A stretch of 64,000 nucleotides of DNA, from assembly GCA_022703645.1 (NCBI GenBank), contig JAKLDG010000001.1, positions 797,254 through 861,253 on the forward strand. Reading direction: 5' to 3'. This stretch comes from Patescibacteria group bacterium (GTDB taxonomy: Bacteria; Patescibacteriota; JACPGU01). A program made the position numbers and the translations under genes. The notes beneath the pieces are model-generated. The model did no database searches. It was not told where the DNA came from and saw only the letters and a program-made list of their open reading frames with translations. Below are positions 10,211-19,979 of this stretch, piece after piece (the stretch's first letter is position 1; each line of letters begins with the position of its first letter).

Positions 10211-10377
10211 AGGTTTATTTATTTATAAAAACATATTCATAAATATTTAACGACTCATAATACTCATATTTTACCTCAAAATCAAAAAATAAGCAAAATA
10301 GATAGGATTTTTTAAGCCCCGCATAGATATGTGGGGCTAATCAATAAAAATAGCGATCATAATTCTGGAACTATTTT

Positions 10378-12441
10378 TTATGTCTTTTCCGTTTGTTCCA
10401 AAGTGGTTCCAGCTGCAGCAGCTTGTTCGATTTGCTGTTTTGGCGAGGTTGTGACAATTTGGTCTTCAGTATAGGAAGCAATGATTTTTATTGCGACATG
10501 GTTCAATCCCGCGAAGAAAAGGCCTTCGCCAACACCTGATTCAAGTAGCAGCGCTGCTTCAGCTTGAGTAAGATTAAAAGTTTTTGTTACAGCTTCAATG
10601 GAGGCTGGCGACTGACGCAAGAGCAATTGGAGCGATGAGTTGGTTATAATAGCTTTGCCATATTTATTTCCCAGAAAGTCCTCGACATCCTGCGCAATAG
10701 TGGTAAGACCGCAATAATATTTACGAGCTCTTTTGGCAATTGAGAAAATAAATCTGGCAGCATCCTCATGCTCCATCATTGTCCATGCTTCGTCAACTAT
10801 TAATAAGCGTTTCTTTTTCTCATGTTTGATCTTGGACCAAATAAAATCCAATACCATATACATGGCAATTGGTCGAAAAGAGGCTTCAAGATCCCGAATA
10901 TTGAACACCACGAAAGGATTATTCATATTAATATTAGTGGGCTGGTTGAAGAAATTGGAGAAAGTACCGGTAACATAACGGTCTAATCTTTTTACAATAG
11001 AATCAGCCTGAGGAATCTTCTTCAAAACCTCGTGAAAATCCGACATCAATGGCGGCGGATTTTTTTGGCTTTGTGGATCTTTGCTAATCCCCTTGCTTGT
11101 ATAAACATCAGCTAATGCTTTTTCTACAATCGCATCCTCTTCTGGGTTCATGGAGCCTAAAAGCAGGTTGAATAAACCCTTTAAAGTAATTAGGGCATTC
11201 CGGATATTGTCTTCTGCTTCAGCTTCGGTTGCATTATCGGGTAATTTTGTTAAATCAAAAGGATTAATACGGTCATCAGAAGAAAGACTCATGTTGAGAA
11301 ACGAACCTCCCACAACCTTACAAAGATTTTTATACTCGTTTTCTGGATCAATAATAATGATTTCTGCCCCGGTCATCATATAGCGCAAAGCTTCGAGTTT
11401 TACTGAATATGATTTCCCTCCGCCGGATTTTGCGAATACTACCGCATTGGCATTTTCGAGACTAAATCGGTCAAATATTATCAAACTATTATTATGACGA
11501 TTGATTCCATACATAATTCCTTCATTACTAGTCAGATCCATTGAAGCGAATGGGAAAGCAGTAGAAAGTGCGCCAGTATTCATATTTCTGGCAACATCCA
11601 AAAGATCACTTCCCAAAGGTATTGTTGAGCGGAAACCTTCACTCATCTGAAAACCAGCGCGTTTTGAGTAAATCAATGAACCGCCTAATTGGGATTCGAT
11701 ACGGCTTGACAACATATCCAACTCATCCAAAGTTTTAGAGTAGATAGTAATATAAATTGCAAATTGGAAAAGTTTCTCCTCGCCACGAGTCAATCTGTCA
11801 CGCAATTCTTCAATATCCTGGTAAGCTCCTTCCAATTCCGGATTACGAACCAATCCTTTTTCCGCCTCATTTTGAAGAGCCGCCTGTACTTGACCGGAAC
11901 GTTTGCGCAGTGTATCCAAAACTCCTTTTGTATCACGCGGATAAATAAACATCCCAATATCCATCGTCTGATCAATATTGATTAAAGGAGAGAGCCAGTT
12001 TGGGAAAATATATCTTGGATAATTAAAAATAAATAACGTTCGAATAAAAAGATCGTTGATAACTATATAGTTGGGAGTAATCTGCACAGAAGATGGAGCT
12101 ATCAGGTCGCGGATTGAAGCAAGACCTTTTTCATAGGTTCTTCGAGCTTCTTCTTCACGTTTCGCCGCTTCTTTTTTCAACCTTTCCTCTTCTTTTTGTT
12201 TTCCAATATCTATTGACATAGTTCTTGAACCAAAAAGAGAAAAACCTTTTTTTTGTGGAGCAGCTGCTACTGGGGATGGCTCAGTTTGAACCTGAGCAGG
12301 CGCGCCCACTGAAGTTGTATTTATTTGAACAGGCTGCATCGGCTGAGCCGTGGCAGTTGGATTTGCCATACCAGTATTGACCGGCGGATTATTTGTCGCC
12401 GGTGCCAATATTGAATCAATTATTTTTTTTGCATCATCCAT
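10378..12441 (-). CDS. virB4: VirB4/TrbE/TraC-family type IV secretion ATPase
   Basis: Walker A AKSGGGKS, Walker B LLIVDEAW (the DEAW hallmark of VirB4), 687 aa. Confidence 0.8.
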   Translation of the reverse strand: MDDAKKIIDSILAPATNNPPVNTGMANPTATAQPMQPVQINTTSVGAPAQVQTEPSPVAAAPQKKGFSLFGSRTMSIDIGKQKEEERLKKEAAKREEEARRTYEKGLASIRDLIAPSSVQITPNYIVINDLFIRTLFIFNYPRYIFPNWLSPLINIDQTMDIGMFIYPRDTKGVLDTLRKRSGQVQAALQNEAEKGLVRNPELEGAYQDIEELRDRLTRGEEKLFQFAIYITIYSKTLDELDMLSSRIESQLGGSLIYSKRAGFQMSEGFRSTIPLGSDLLDVARNMNTGALSTAFPFASMDLTSNEGIMYGINRHNNSLIIFDRFSLENANAVVFAKSGGGKSYSVKLEALRYMMTGAEIIIIDPENEYKNLCKVVGGSFLNMSLSSDDRINPFDLTKLPDNATEAEAEDNIRNALITLKGLFNLLLGSMNPEEDAIVEKALADVYTSKGISKDPQSQKNPPPLMSDFHEVLKKIPQADSIVKRLDRYVTGTFSNFFNQPTNINMNNPFVVFNIRDLEASFRPIAMYMVLDFIWSKIKHEKKKRLLIVDEAWTMMEHEDAARFIFSIAKRARKYYCGLTTIAQDVEDFLGNKYGKAIITNSSLQLLLRQSPASIEAVTKTFNLTQAEAALLLESGVGEGLFFAGLNHVAIKIIASYTEDQIVTTSPKQQIEQAAAAGTTLEQTEKT

Positions 12442-12918
12442 AGAATAGAATTTAGTATTTAGAATCTAGAATAACGAATTAGGAATGGTTTCTTGATCCT
12501 CTTATTAAACTATTTAATAATTTGTGAACATCTATACTTTTACTATATAAATTTGTAAATACTTCTTGATTTAGATAACCAATGTCCTTTCCTGCTATTA
12601 TTTGGTTTTGGACTTCAGTTACGGAACCGCTAGCGATATAATAAAACTGAATTTTTTCTTTATATGAATATCTTGTGAATCCTTCAGCTATGTTTGAAGA
12701 TATTGAAACAGCTGCTCTTCGAATTTGGCTTGTTAAACCATACATCTCATCTTTTGGGAAATCCTTTGTGGCATTATAAATCATTAAAACTAATTTATGC
12801 GCTTCCTGCCAAGTTCTTAAATCTGTAAAATTTTTAATCTTCTCTTTTTCTATATCCATTCTAAATCCTTTATTCGTTATTCTAAATTCCAGATTCTGTA
12901 TTCTAAATTCTTCCCCAT
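12442..12918. mobile_element. Candidate miniature insertion cassette: four-helix-bundle gene bracketed by ~38-bp imperfect inverted repeats
   Basis: Left flank 12455-12479 ...atttagaatctagaataacgaat. Right flank 12872-12909 attcgttattctaaattccagattctgtattctaaattct. A 13-nt perfect inverted core tagaataacgaat/attcgttattcta lies immediately outside the stop and start codons. Confidence 0.4.
12479..12859 (-). CDS. Four-helix-bundle protein (TIGR02436 family, the 23S-rRNA intervening-sequence protein type)
   Basis: 126 aa with TWQEAHKLVLMIYNATKDFPKDEMYGLTSQIRRAAVSISSNIAEG...YIASGSVTEVQNQI, the family consensus. It sits as a single gene between T4SS operon genes. Confidence 0.75.
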   Translation of the reverse strand: MDIEKEKIKNFTDLRTWQEAHKLVLMIYNATKDFPKDEMYGLTSQIRRAAVSISSNIAEGFTRYSYKEKIQFYYIASGSVTEVQNQIIAGKDIGYLNQEVFTNLYSKSIDVHKLLNSLIRGSRNHS

Positions 12919-13638
12919 CTAGATATTCATTTCTTTCGGCATTTTTTCAATCACCTCTGTTTCAAATTGTGATGCGTCAACTAATTTTTGCGCCGTACTC
13001 TGATCGGGATTATAAACACCATAAAATAGTTCAATCAATTCCTGCGTATCAAGCTGAATTGCGCGCACCCCAACTCCTTGCAGACCCATTGCTACTGTTT
13101 CAGCTTTTTGAATCAGATATTTTTTTTCATCAGCAAAACTCCCAACTGCAATAGCTCCTTTTCCTGCAGAAGAACTCCTTCCGACCGCTCCTACTTTTTT
13201 GAAAGCATTCGGATAGTGCGGGATAACAACGTAGAATCTTTTTTGCATAATATTTGTCTGCTGTATTATATTTTGCACAAATATAATATAGTCGCGAATT
13301 TGAATTTTTAGTAATTCGTTACTAATTTTTTTGGAATTTTCTGCTAATCCATCCAGATATCCTTCAAGATCAAGTTTGCGCGATTGGACTACTATTTGAA
13401 TAGGAAAGTCGAGAGAATTCAAGAATGATTGGAAACCGTAAATAATTCCGTTTCTTTCCAGCTCTGATTTTAATTCAAAGTTAACAGCAGAAGTGGAAAG
13501 TACCATACGCATACTTCCATCCTTCATTACGAGAATGCCCTCCTCAAAATGATCTATATCAATATAATATTGAGTCGAACCGGGTTTTGCGGGAGCAGTT
13601 TCTACCTGTCCCTTTTGTTTTTGTTCTTGAACTGCCAT
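12919..13638 (-). CDS. Hypothetical protein (239 aa) within the T4SS-like operon
   Basis: Co-oriented and tightly spaced with the VirB4 and VirB3-like genes; no assignable motif. Confidence 0.4.
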   Translation of the reverse strand: MAVQEQKQKGQVETAPAKPGSTQYYIDIDHFEEGILVMKDGSMRMVLSTSAVNFELKSELERNGIIYGFQSFLNSLDFPIQIVVQSRKLDLEGYLDGLAENSKKISNELLKIQIRDYIIFVQNIIQQTNIMQKRFYVVIPHYPNAFKKVGAVGRSSSAGKGAIAVGSFADEKKYLIQKAETVAMGLQGVGVRAIQLDTQELIELFYGVYNPDQSTAQKLVDASQFETEVIEKMPKEMNI

Positions 13639-13705
13639 TTTGTTTTTGTTTGAAATTTTTTTTTATTATACAACACTTATCTTTTTACGCAATTGCAAAT
13701 TCTTA

Positions 13706-14257
13706 TTAATCCAAAGGTAACTCTGTTAGATTCGTATCCGCTTTCACATTTTCTCTCAATGCCGATTGCACTACCCCTGGAGAGGCAACTCTACCTTCTG
13801 TTTCGTTCGATTCCGCATTCCAACCTTTTGTATCCAATGTTAATGCCAATTCATTCAATCGCGATCTTACCACACCGCTTCGCGCAAGTTTTGCCATTTC
13901 TTTCTGTTTTTCCTTTTCCTCACTACTTGCCTTCACCATAGTTCCAAAGTCTTTGAGTTTTGAAGCTTTCTGCCATTTCATCGTTTTTGGATTTTTCACA
14001 AATCCAAGTAGAAATGCCAAAAAAGTAAGGAATGGTCTTTCGTTAATCTTCACAAAAACTATCGCAATAGTCAGAACGGCTACCGGGGCATCAACAATCA
14101 TAACAACCATTAAACCAAACATCGGCATTAGAATTGTGTAAAGAACATAAATCAGCAGAACTCCACCAACCAAAAAACCGAATTGCTTGAGCGTGAAAGG
14201 CCCAATAATTTTATCTTCGACATCCAGGTTTTGTGGAACTTTATATTGATCTGGCAT
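13706..14257 (-). CDS. VirB3/PrgI-like small membrane protein (T4SS)
   Basis: N-terminal DKIIGPFTLKQFGFLVGGVLLIYVLY plus a second TM helix, immediately upstream of the VirB4 region in operon order. The fold-level assignment is inferred. Confidence 0.4.
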   Translation of the reverse strand: MPDQYKVPQNLDVEDKIIGPFTLKQFGFLVGGVLLIYVLYTILMPMFGLMVVMIVDAPVAVLTIAIVFVKINERPFLTFLAFLLGFVKNPKTMKWQKASKLKDFGTMVKASSEEKEKQKEMAKLARSGVVRSRLNELALTLDTKGWNAESNETEGRVASPGVVQSALRENVKADTNLTELPLD

Positions 14258-14272
14258 AGATTTAGCCTCAAT

Positions 14273-17041
14273 TTATAGATTTGAACTTTTCTTTTTTAAT
14301 GCATATTTAAATTTTTTCCTATCTGACTCGCTACCACCCTGAGAATCGGGTCTGCGCCAATTTAGCACTTCCTTCATCTCATTTGCATATAATTTCATTC
14401 TTTCACCGCTCGCCTTAATTTCTTCTGGTTTCGTTTTATCTACCAAAGCTATATCGGGATAAAATTGTTTTCCAAGTTCAAACGCCTTCTCTGGAGAAGC
14501 CCCCTCTATTGAGTTGGCAAATGATTCTAAATATTCGTAATACTTTTCTTCATCACCACCATATGCCATCATTAATGAGGGGTCATTTATTTCTGCGCGC
14601 ATTCTTTGAACATTGCTATTCTTAATTGCGCCGGTCAGTTTTCTTTCTAATCCCATAATCTTCCCATGTGAAATTGCTTCATCTGTTATAGCGAGTTTTT
14701 GACGGAAATTTTTTGCATCTGTTTCATTATTACCAAAATAACTTTTTATATCCTCATTTTTTTCTATCTTGTTCAATAAATCTGTTAAATCATCGTCTTC
14801 TAATGCTCCTAAATTCCCAACCTCCTTCATTTTTGCTTTCATTTCATTCCTTTTCCCTTCTAAAACCTTGCTAACGGCGTTTTTATTTTCTTGACTAAAC
14901 TTGTTTAAATCTAACTCTTTAATAATGTCTGGGTTTTCGCTCAAGCTCATTATAGCCGCTTCGTCCTTGAAATAATTGTCTACCGTTGGTTTCTTCCCTG
15001 TGAGCTCCCTATAATTCTTAAAGTTACTCCATATAGGTAGTTTTCCTTCTGGATCGATTCCTTGACCACGTAGTTTTTCTAGTTCTTTAATTGCGGTCAT
15101 TTGCTCCTGATCGCTCATAACACCTATCCCCTTTGCTTTATCTTGCAATACTTTTAATGATGCTGCGTGTTCGATCTTAGTTAATTTTGGATCAAGTATA
15201 GCATTACTTAAGGCGCGAGGTTGATAATTCCCTCTATTCTTTGCTTCAGCGAACATTTTATCGTTAAATGCTGGGCCAGTAAGGTTGTTTTGTTTATATT
15301 TGTCCCAATCCATTTCGGCAGCCTTTGCACGGGCAGCTCGCGGCTCTTCATATCTTTTCGGAATTTCCTTTGCTCCTAACACGGCTCTTGCATAACCAGA
15401 ACCAATTTTTTGACGCATTGTTTTGTTGTCTTCATCTGTTCTTTTTGCCGCTTCTTTTAATCTTGTCTCGGATCCTCTTTTTACCTGACTTCCCGCCCAT
15501 TTTTGAACATCTCCCATACCCTTCACCTTCCCACCGGTCGCTGCGCTGATTCCTTTATCCACTACGGTAGCTGCCTCTTTTGACATCTTCATTGTCATAG
15601 TAATACCAATATAAATTACAATAATTGCTAATATTAATTGTGTAAGATTGTAGTTTCCTTTTTCAATACCATTTGGGTCGATACCGAGATCGATAGTCGG
15701 CACAACATCGCCGGTAATGCTAATCGCCTTTGCACTAATATATAGAAACAATGCCACGAGAGGGCCCATAAAAACCCATTGCACGAAATATCCCGTCCAT
15801 TTTCCCACGAGATCAGTAACTTGTTTGAAAGGAATAACATTTGCTATATACGGCGTAGCAGAAAAAATGAAGAGAAGTTGTACTATTATTTTCCTCACCC
15901 ACAAAATCATCCAAGTATATAACAAGACTATAGTAAATGCCCAGATCGCGATAACCTTTACTACCACTGCAGCTAAAGCGACGCCGTCAAGTACCATAAA
16001 TGCGGAAAAACCGCCATTAAATATTGGGTCTATGCCCTCAGCAATACCACCAGATCCGGAACTTTGTAAAAATAGACCGACAAGGTAATTCGAAGCGTCA
16101 ACAAAAAGATTACAAATAGACAAGCTGAAATTAACCAACACTACTGCACCAATCATTGCCGGTATCATTTTCTTTACCTGCCAGCTTTCAAGTTTTTGAC
16201 CCAAGACCGATCCTAAGCCCAAAGTATTTAACACATTCAGTAGAGCCATTATCATAAAAGCCAACATAAATAGAACATTTATAATATTGCGAATTATCGT
16301 CCACATCTCAATCACAAAATTACCGGCTGCAATATTAGTTGGCAGGGTTAAAGAATTTGACATTCTATCAGTAGTTAGGAAATTATTAACAAGTAAGCGC
16401 GGTGGGAATAAGAAAATATCAAAAAATTTACAAAACATATTCTTTGGCAATTGTTTAAAGTCTTTCATCAAACCCATAAAATCCATTCCAGAAACATCAT
16501 CAGGACATTTGGAAGCATCGCCGGAACTACTTGACGAACCGCCTTTGACTGCCGCAGTTTTAGCTGCTGCCTGGACTTCGGCCTTGGTTAAGTTTGATTT
16601 TTTAACATCTTGCGCTGCTATTACTGCAGTATTAACAGCCCTAAGGTTTTCTTCTGTTACACCAGTAATTCCATTATTCTCATAGTACTCAAGAGTTCCA
16701 GGATTATCATTAACCGATATCGGCGGTACCGACTCCTCGCTGCTTTTTATTATCTCATCAACAACATTTTGTGCTTCGTCCGTAGTTAAATTTGCTTTTT
16801 TAACATCTTGCGCAGCTATTATTGCAGTGTTTACTGCGGTAAGATTATCGTCAGTTACATCATTGATGCCATAGCCTGAATAATATTCCAGTGTTCCTGG
16901 GTCATTGAGAGAAATCGGCGCTAGCTCCGCGGCACTTGCTTTTAAAGGGATGATCAGGGATATAAAAAAAGACAATACAAAAAGTACTGTCAGTATCAAA
17001 AACACCCTTTTATTTTTTCCTCCTTTTTTTTGAAAATTCAT
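14273..17041 (-). CDS. VirB6/TrbL-like polytopic T4SS membrane protein with signal peptide, duplicated N-terminal ~55-aa surface repeat and a long charged C-terminal domain
   Basis: Preferred start MNFQKKGGKNKRVFLILTVLFVLSFF (rc of 17039-17041); the track's longer ORF uses TTG. Tandem repeat ISLNDPGTLEYYSGYGINDVTDDNLTAVNTAIIAAQDVKKANLT / ISVNDNPGTLEYYENNGITGVTEENLRAVNTAVIAAQDVKKSNLT, then >=6 TM helices, then a ~450-aa hydrophilic tail. Confidence 0.5.
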   Translation of the reverse strand: MNFQKKGGKNKRVFLILTVLFVLSFFISLIIPLKASAAELAPISLNDPGTLEYYSGYGINDVTDDNLTAVNTAIIAAQDVKKANLTTDEAQNVVDEIIKSSEESVPPISVNDNPGTLEYYENNGITGVTEENLRAVNTAVIAAQDVKKSNLTKAEVQAAAKTAAVKGGSSSSSGDASKCPDDVSGMDFMGLMKDFKQLPKNMFCKFFDIFLFPPRLLVNNFLTTDRMSNSLTLPTNIAAGNFVIEMWTIIRNIINVLFMLAFMIMALLNVLNTLGLGSVLGQKLESWQVKKMIPAMIGAVVLVNFSLSICNLFVDASNYLVGLFLQSSGSGGIAEGIDPIFNGGFSAFMVLDGVALAAVVVKVIAIWAFTIVLLYTWMILWVRKIIVQLLFIFSATPYIANVIPFKQVTDLVGKWTGYFVQWVFMGPLVALFLYISAKAISITGDVVPTIDLGIDPNGIEKGNYNLTQLILAIIVIYIGITMTMKMSKEAATVVDKGISAATGGKVKGMGDVQKWAGSQVKRGSETRLKEAAKRTDEDNKTMRQKIGSGYARAVLGAKEIPKRYEEPRAARAKAAEMDWDKYKQNNLTGPAFNDKMFAEAKNRGNYQPRALSNAILDPKLTKIEHAASLKVLQDKAKGIGVMSDQEQMTAIKELEKLRGQGIDPEGKLPIWSNFKNYRELTGKKPTVDNYFKDEAAIMSLSENPDIIKELDLNKFSQENKNAVSKVLEGKRNEMKAKMKEVGNLGALEDDDLTDLLNKIEKNEDIKSYFGNNETDAKNFRQKLAITDEAISHGKIMGLERKLTGAIKNSNVQRMRAEINDPSLMMAYGGDEEKYYEYLESFANSIEGASPEKAFELGKQFYPDIALVDKTKPEEIKASGERMKLYANEMKEVLNWRRPDSQGGSESDRKKFKYALKKKSSNL

Positions 17042-17272
17042 TGTGTGTTTGTTTTTTATACACAAATATAGCAAAAATAAGGTTACATTCTTGTCCCTTT
17101 TGCCTTTCAATATTTATTATACTTACTGTGCAATAAAAGACAAGAGACCATTTGATATGAAAATCCCAAATCCTAAATCACAAATCCCAAACAAATCCAA
17201 ATTTTCAAAATTCAAAAGGGAACCCCGATTAATTTCAGAGTTCCCTCATTTGATTTATTGTTTAATTGTTTA

Positions 17273-18076
17273 TTATTTTTTCATTGCTTTGTTCCATAGA
17301 ACAACTTGATTTCTGCCATTTTCTTTTGCGAAGTAAAGCGCTTCATCAGCCTTGGCTATAACTTTTGGTATCAGCATATCAGTAACTCTGACGTTTGCTA
17401 TATCGCGTCCCTCTACAGAGTGAACACCGATACTTGCTGTTACGCGCACTTCTTTTCCAGTTCTTTTATTAATCGTGAACTTATTATTTTCAATTGCTTT
17501 AATGATTCTTTTTGCTGCTTCAACGCCTAATTCTTTTGGGGTATCAGGAAGCAATATCACGAATTCCTCGCCACCAAATCTGAATACTGAATCTGTTTCG
17601 CGGACTTGATTTTTTAGCGTACCGGCAACACCGCGCAAAACCATATCTCCTGCCAAGTGACCATATCTATCATTAACATGTTTGAAGTGATCAATGTCTA
17701 CCATCATAATAGTTAATGTAATCGGTTCAGAAAGTAATTGTTCGATTTGCAAATGTTTCGCTCGCAACCGTGCCAATTCTTTGGAAATATTATCAATAAA
17801 TGCTCTACGGTTATATACTTGAGTCAGTTCATCCATTGTAGCCAACATCTCATGTTTCTTGGCTTTTTCCTCAGCATTGAGCGCTAATACACCAAGCCAA
17901 AACATCGTGTCTTTTTCTTTCAGTTTACCTTGCTGAAAAAGTACAAGGATGTCTTCTGGACGCAGCGTTGAAAGATCTGACATTTTTTTCATCTTGGTAA
18001 GATTTCCGATACTGTCAGCAAGATCTTTAATTCTTTTATTCTCGTTAAGCGCAAATTGTAATGTGTTGGTTGTCAT
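17273..18076 (-). CDS. GGDEF-domain diguanylate cyclase (coiled-coil N-terminus, no obvious sensor domain)
   Basis: RRAF...MMVDIDHFKHVNDRYGHLAGD...FRFGGEEFVILLP: the GGEEF active-site motif and surrounding conserved blocks. Confidence 0.85.
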   Translation of the reverse strand: MTTNTLQFALNENKRIKDLADSIGNLTKMKKMSDLSTLRPEDILVLFQQGKLKEKDTMFWLGVLALNAEEKAKKHEMLATMDELTQVYNRRAFIDNISKELARLRAKHLQIEQLLSEPITLTIMMVDIDHFKHVNDRYGHLAGDMVLRGVAGTLKNQVRETDSVFRFGGEEFVILLPDTPKELGVEAAKRIIKAIENNKFTINKRTGKEVRVTASIGVHSVEGRDIANVRVTDMLIPKVIAKADEALYFAKENGRNQVVLWNKAMKK

Positions 18077-18331
18077 ATGTGTGTTTGTTTTTATTTCGAA
18101 AAACCATCTAACTGATTTTTCAAAATTAGATCATTGTATCACAGAAATATGAAAAAGTCAAGAATAATCATTGTACAATATTCTAAATATTTGTGTTATA
18201 ATTTGGCAAAAGAGAGTTGCCGTCTTTCTTTGCTTTGGTGTTAAAAAAAGAAAAATGGCTTTATATACCTGATTTATATATAAAAATACAAAAAATAGCG
18301 ACATAGATTTCGCTTACAAAAAGGAGGAAAA

Positions 18332-19963
18332 ATGGAAGATGAAATAAAAACAAACCAAACTGGTTTATCAGGTGATACTCCCCCAAATATCCCGGTATCG
18401 CCAGAAATTAACACACCAGTACGAAACTTATCCACAGACCCCAAACCGGCAGAAAATATTGATGATCTTTTGAATGGTACTGCAAGTTCTCCAAAACCTG
18501 CATCTGAAAGCAGTTCTTTTTATTATAATCCGGCACAAACATCAGCACCAACAAGCACACCAATACCGCCAAAAGAAGCCTCTAGTATCGACGCTTTCAA
18601 TAAAAGAATGGCCAGCTCAAGATCCAGCGGCGAAGGCTCAGGCAACAAAAAAATGATCATTGGTATAATAATAGCCGTTGTGGTTGTCGCGCTCGCTATT
18701 GCAGGATATTTATTGTATTTAAATACAAAAAAATATTCTGTAACTATTAACGTAAATCCGCCTGAAGCTAATATCTCAATACCCGGATCTGCCAATGCCG
18801 CTGCCAAAAACGGTAAATTAGTCCTAAATCTTAAAAAAGGAACCTACTCCGTATCTATTTCGAAAGATGGCTACTCAACCTTGAAACAAACACTTAATGT
18901 AAAAGGATCCAGCAGTGTGAATTATAATCTCTCACAGTTTTTGACTTTCAGCCCCGTACTTGAACAGAATATAATGAGCCCAATTATTAATACTGAATTG
19001 GGAACTATTATTTATCTGGAAAAAGGCGAACAATGGACATCAATTAAGGAGTATAATTATAACTCCGATGATAAAAAAACAGTTATATTGGCGGATTCAT
19101 TGCCTGATATCAAAAAAATCACATGGTCCAAAACATATCGACAAGCAGCTGTAAGAATCAAAAATTCTGAACAAAATAATGGCTCATTACTTCCTTTTCA
19201 GGAACAATACGGCGAAGGAACGGAAATGAATTGGGTGATTGATCTTGACCGAAAAGATGTAGTAAATGTAAACGTTAAACCTCTTAGCCCAGATATAAAA
19301 AACATTACATTCAAACCTGACGGCACCAAGATTGCATACTATTATAATAATGGAACCAAAAAAACACTGGCGATAGCAAATATCGACGGTACTAACTACC
19401 AAAATATCGTTGATATCAAAACCATTCAATTTGATCCGGACGTAATCTGGTCTTCAGATGGGGTAAGAATAGCAATATTTGCAGATAATCCTGGCGGAGA
19501 AACGAACGTCTTCGCCTATAATTTCGAAACTAAAACCGAGATCGACCCAAATACCAATATTGAAACTCCTTCTGGATCAACAAGCGGAAGTAATGCAAAA
19601 CTTTCAACTGACAATATATCTTACGGAGCATTGTTTTCACCGTCAGCTAGCAAGATCATATTTAATTCCGGAGCAAAATTGAGTATTTATGATTTTGAAA
19701 AAGAGGCCGGTTCCGCGCTGCTTGATACTGGAGCAGAAGCAAAAATAACGAACTGCACTTGGTTATCAGATGATACAGTAATTGCCGTAACAGACAATAA
19801 GGAGTTAGTAAAAATTAAAACAACCGGTGAAAAAATCACAATCCAAATCAATCAAGAAGGATTGCCTGAGACAATCACCGGAATAATTAATGATGTTTCA
19901 AATGTTTATTTAATTGGTGACACGGGAATTTTCTCAACTCCTATCGCAAATTTAAATAATTGA
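18332..19963 (+). CDS. Membrane-anchored protein with PEGA-like domain and PD40/TolB-like beta-propeller repeats
   Basis: Low-complexity N-terminus, one TM (IIGIIIAVVVVALAIAGYLLYL), YSVTINVNPPEANISIPG...GTYSVSISKDGY (PEGA-like), later WSSDGVRIAIFAD... PD40-like motifs. Confidence 0.5.
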   Translation: MEDEIKTNQTGLSGDTPPNIPVSPEINTPVRNLSTDPKPAENIDDLLNGTASSPKPASESSSFYYNPAQTSAPTSTPIPPKEASSIDAFNKRMASSRSSGEGSGNKKMIIGIIIAVVVVALAIAGYLLYLNTKKYSVTINVNPPEANISIPGSANAAAKNGKLVLNLKKGTYSVSISKDGYSTLKQTLNVKGSSSVNYNLSQFLTFSPVLEQNIMSPIINTELGTIIYLEKGEQWTSIKEYNYNSDDKKTVILADSLPDIKKITWSKTYRQAAVRIKNSEQNNGSLLPFQEQYGEGTEMNWVIDLDRKDVVNVNVKPLSPDIKNITFKPDGTKIAYYYNNGTKKTLAIANIDGTNYQNIVDIKTIQFDPDVIWSSDGVRIAIFADNPGGETNVFAYNFETKTEIDPNTNIETPSGSTSGSNAKLSTDNISYGALFSPSASKIIFNSGAKLSIYDFEKEAGSALLDTGAEAKITNCTWLSDDTVIAVTDNKELVKIKTTGEKITIQINQEGLPETITGIINDVSNVYLIGDTGIFSTPIANLNN

Positions 19964-19979
19964 TATTATATTAAATCTC

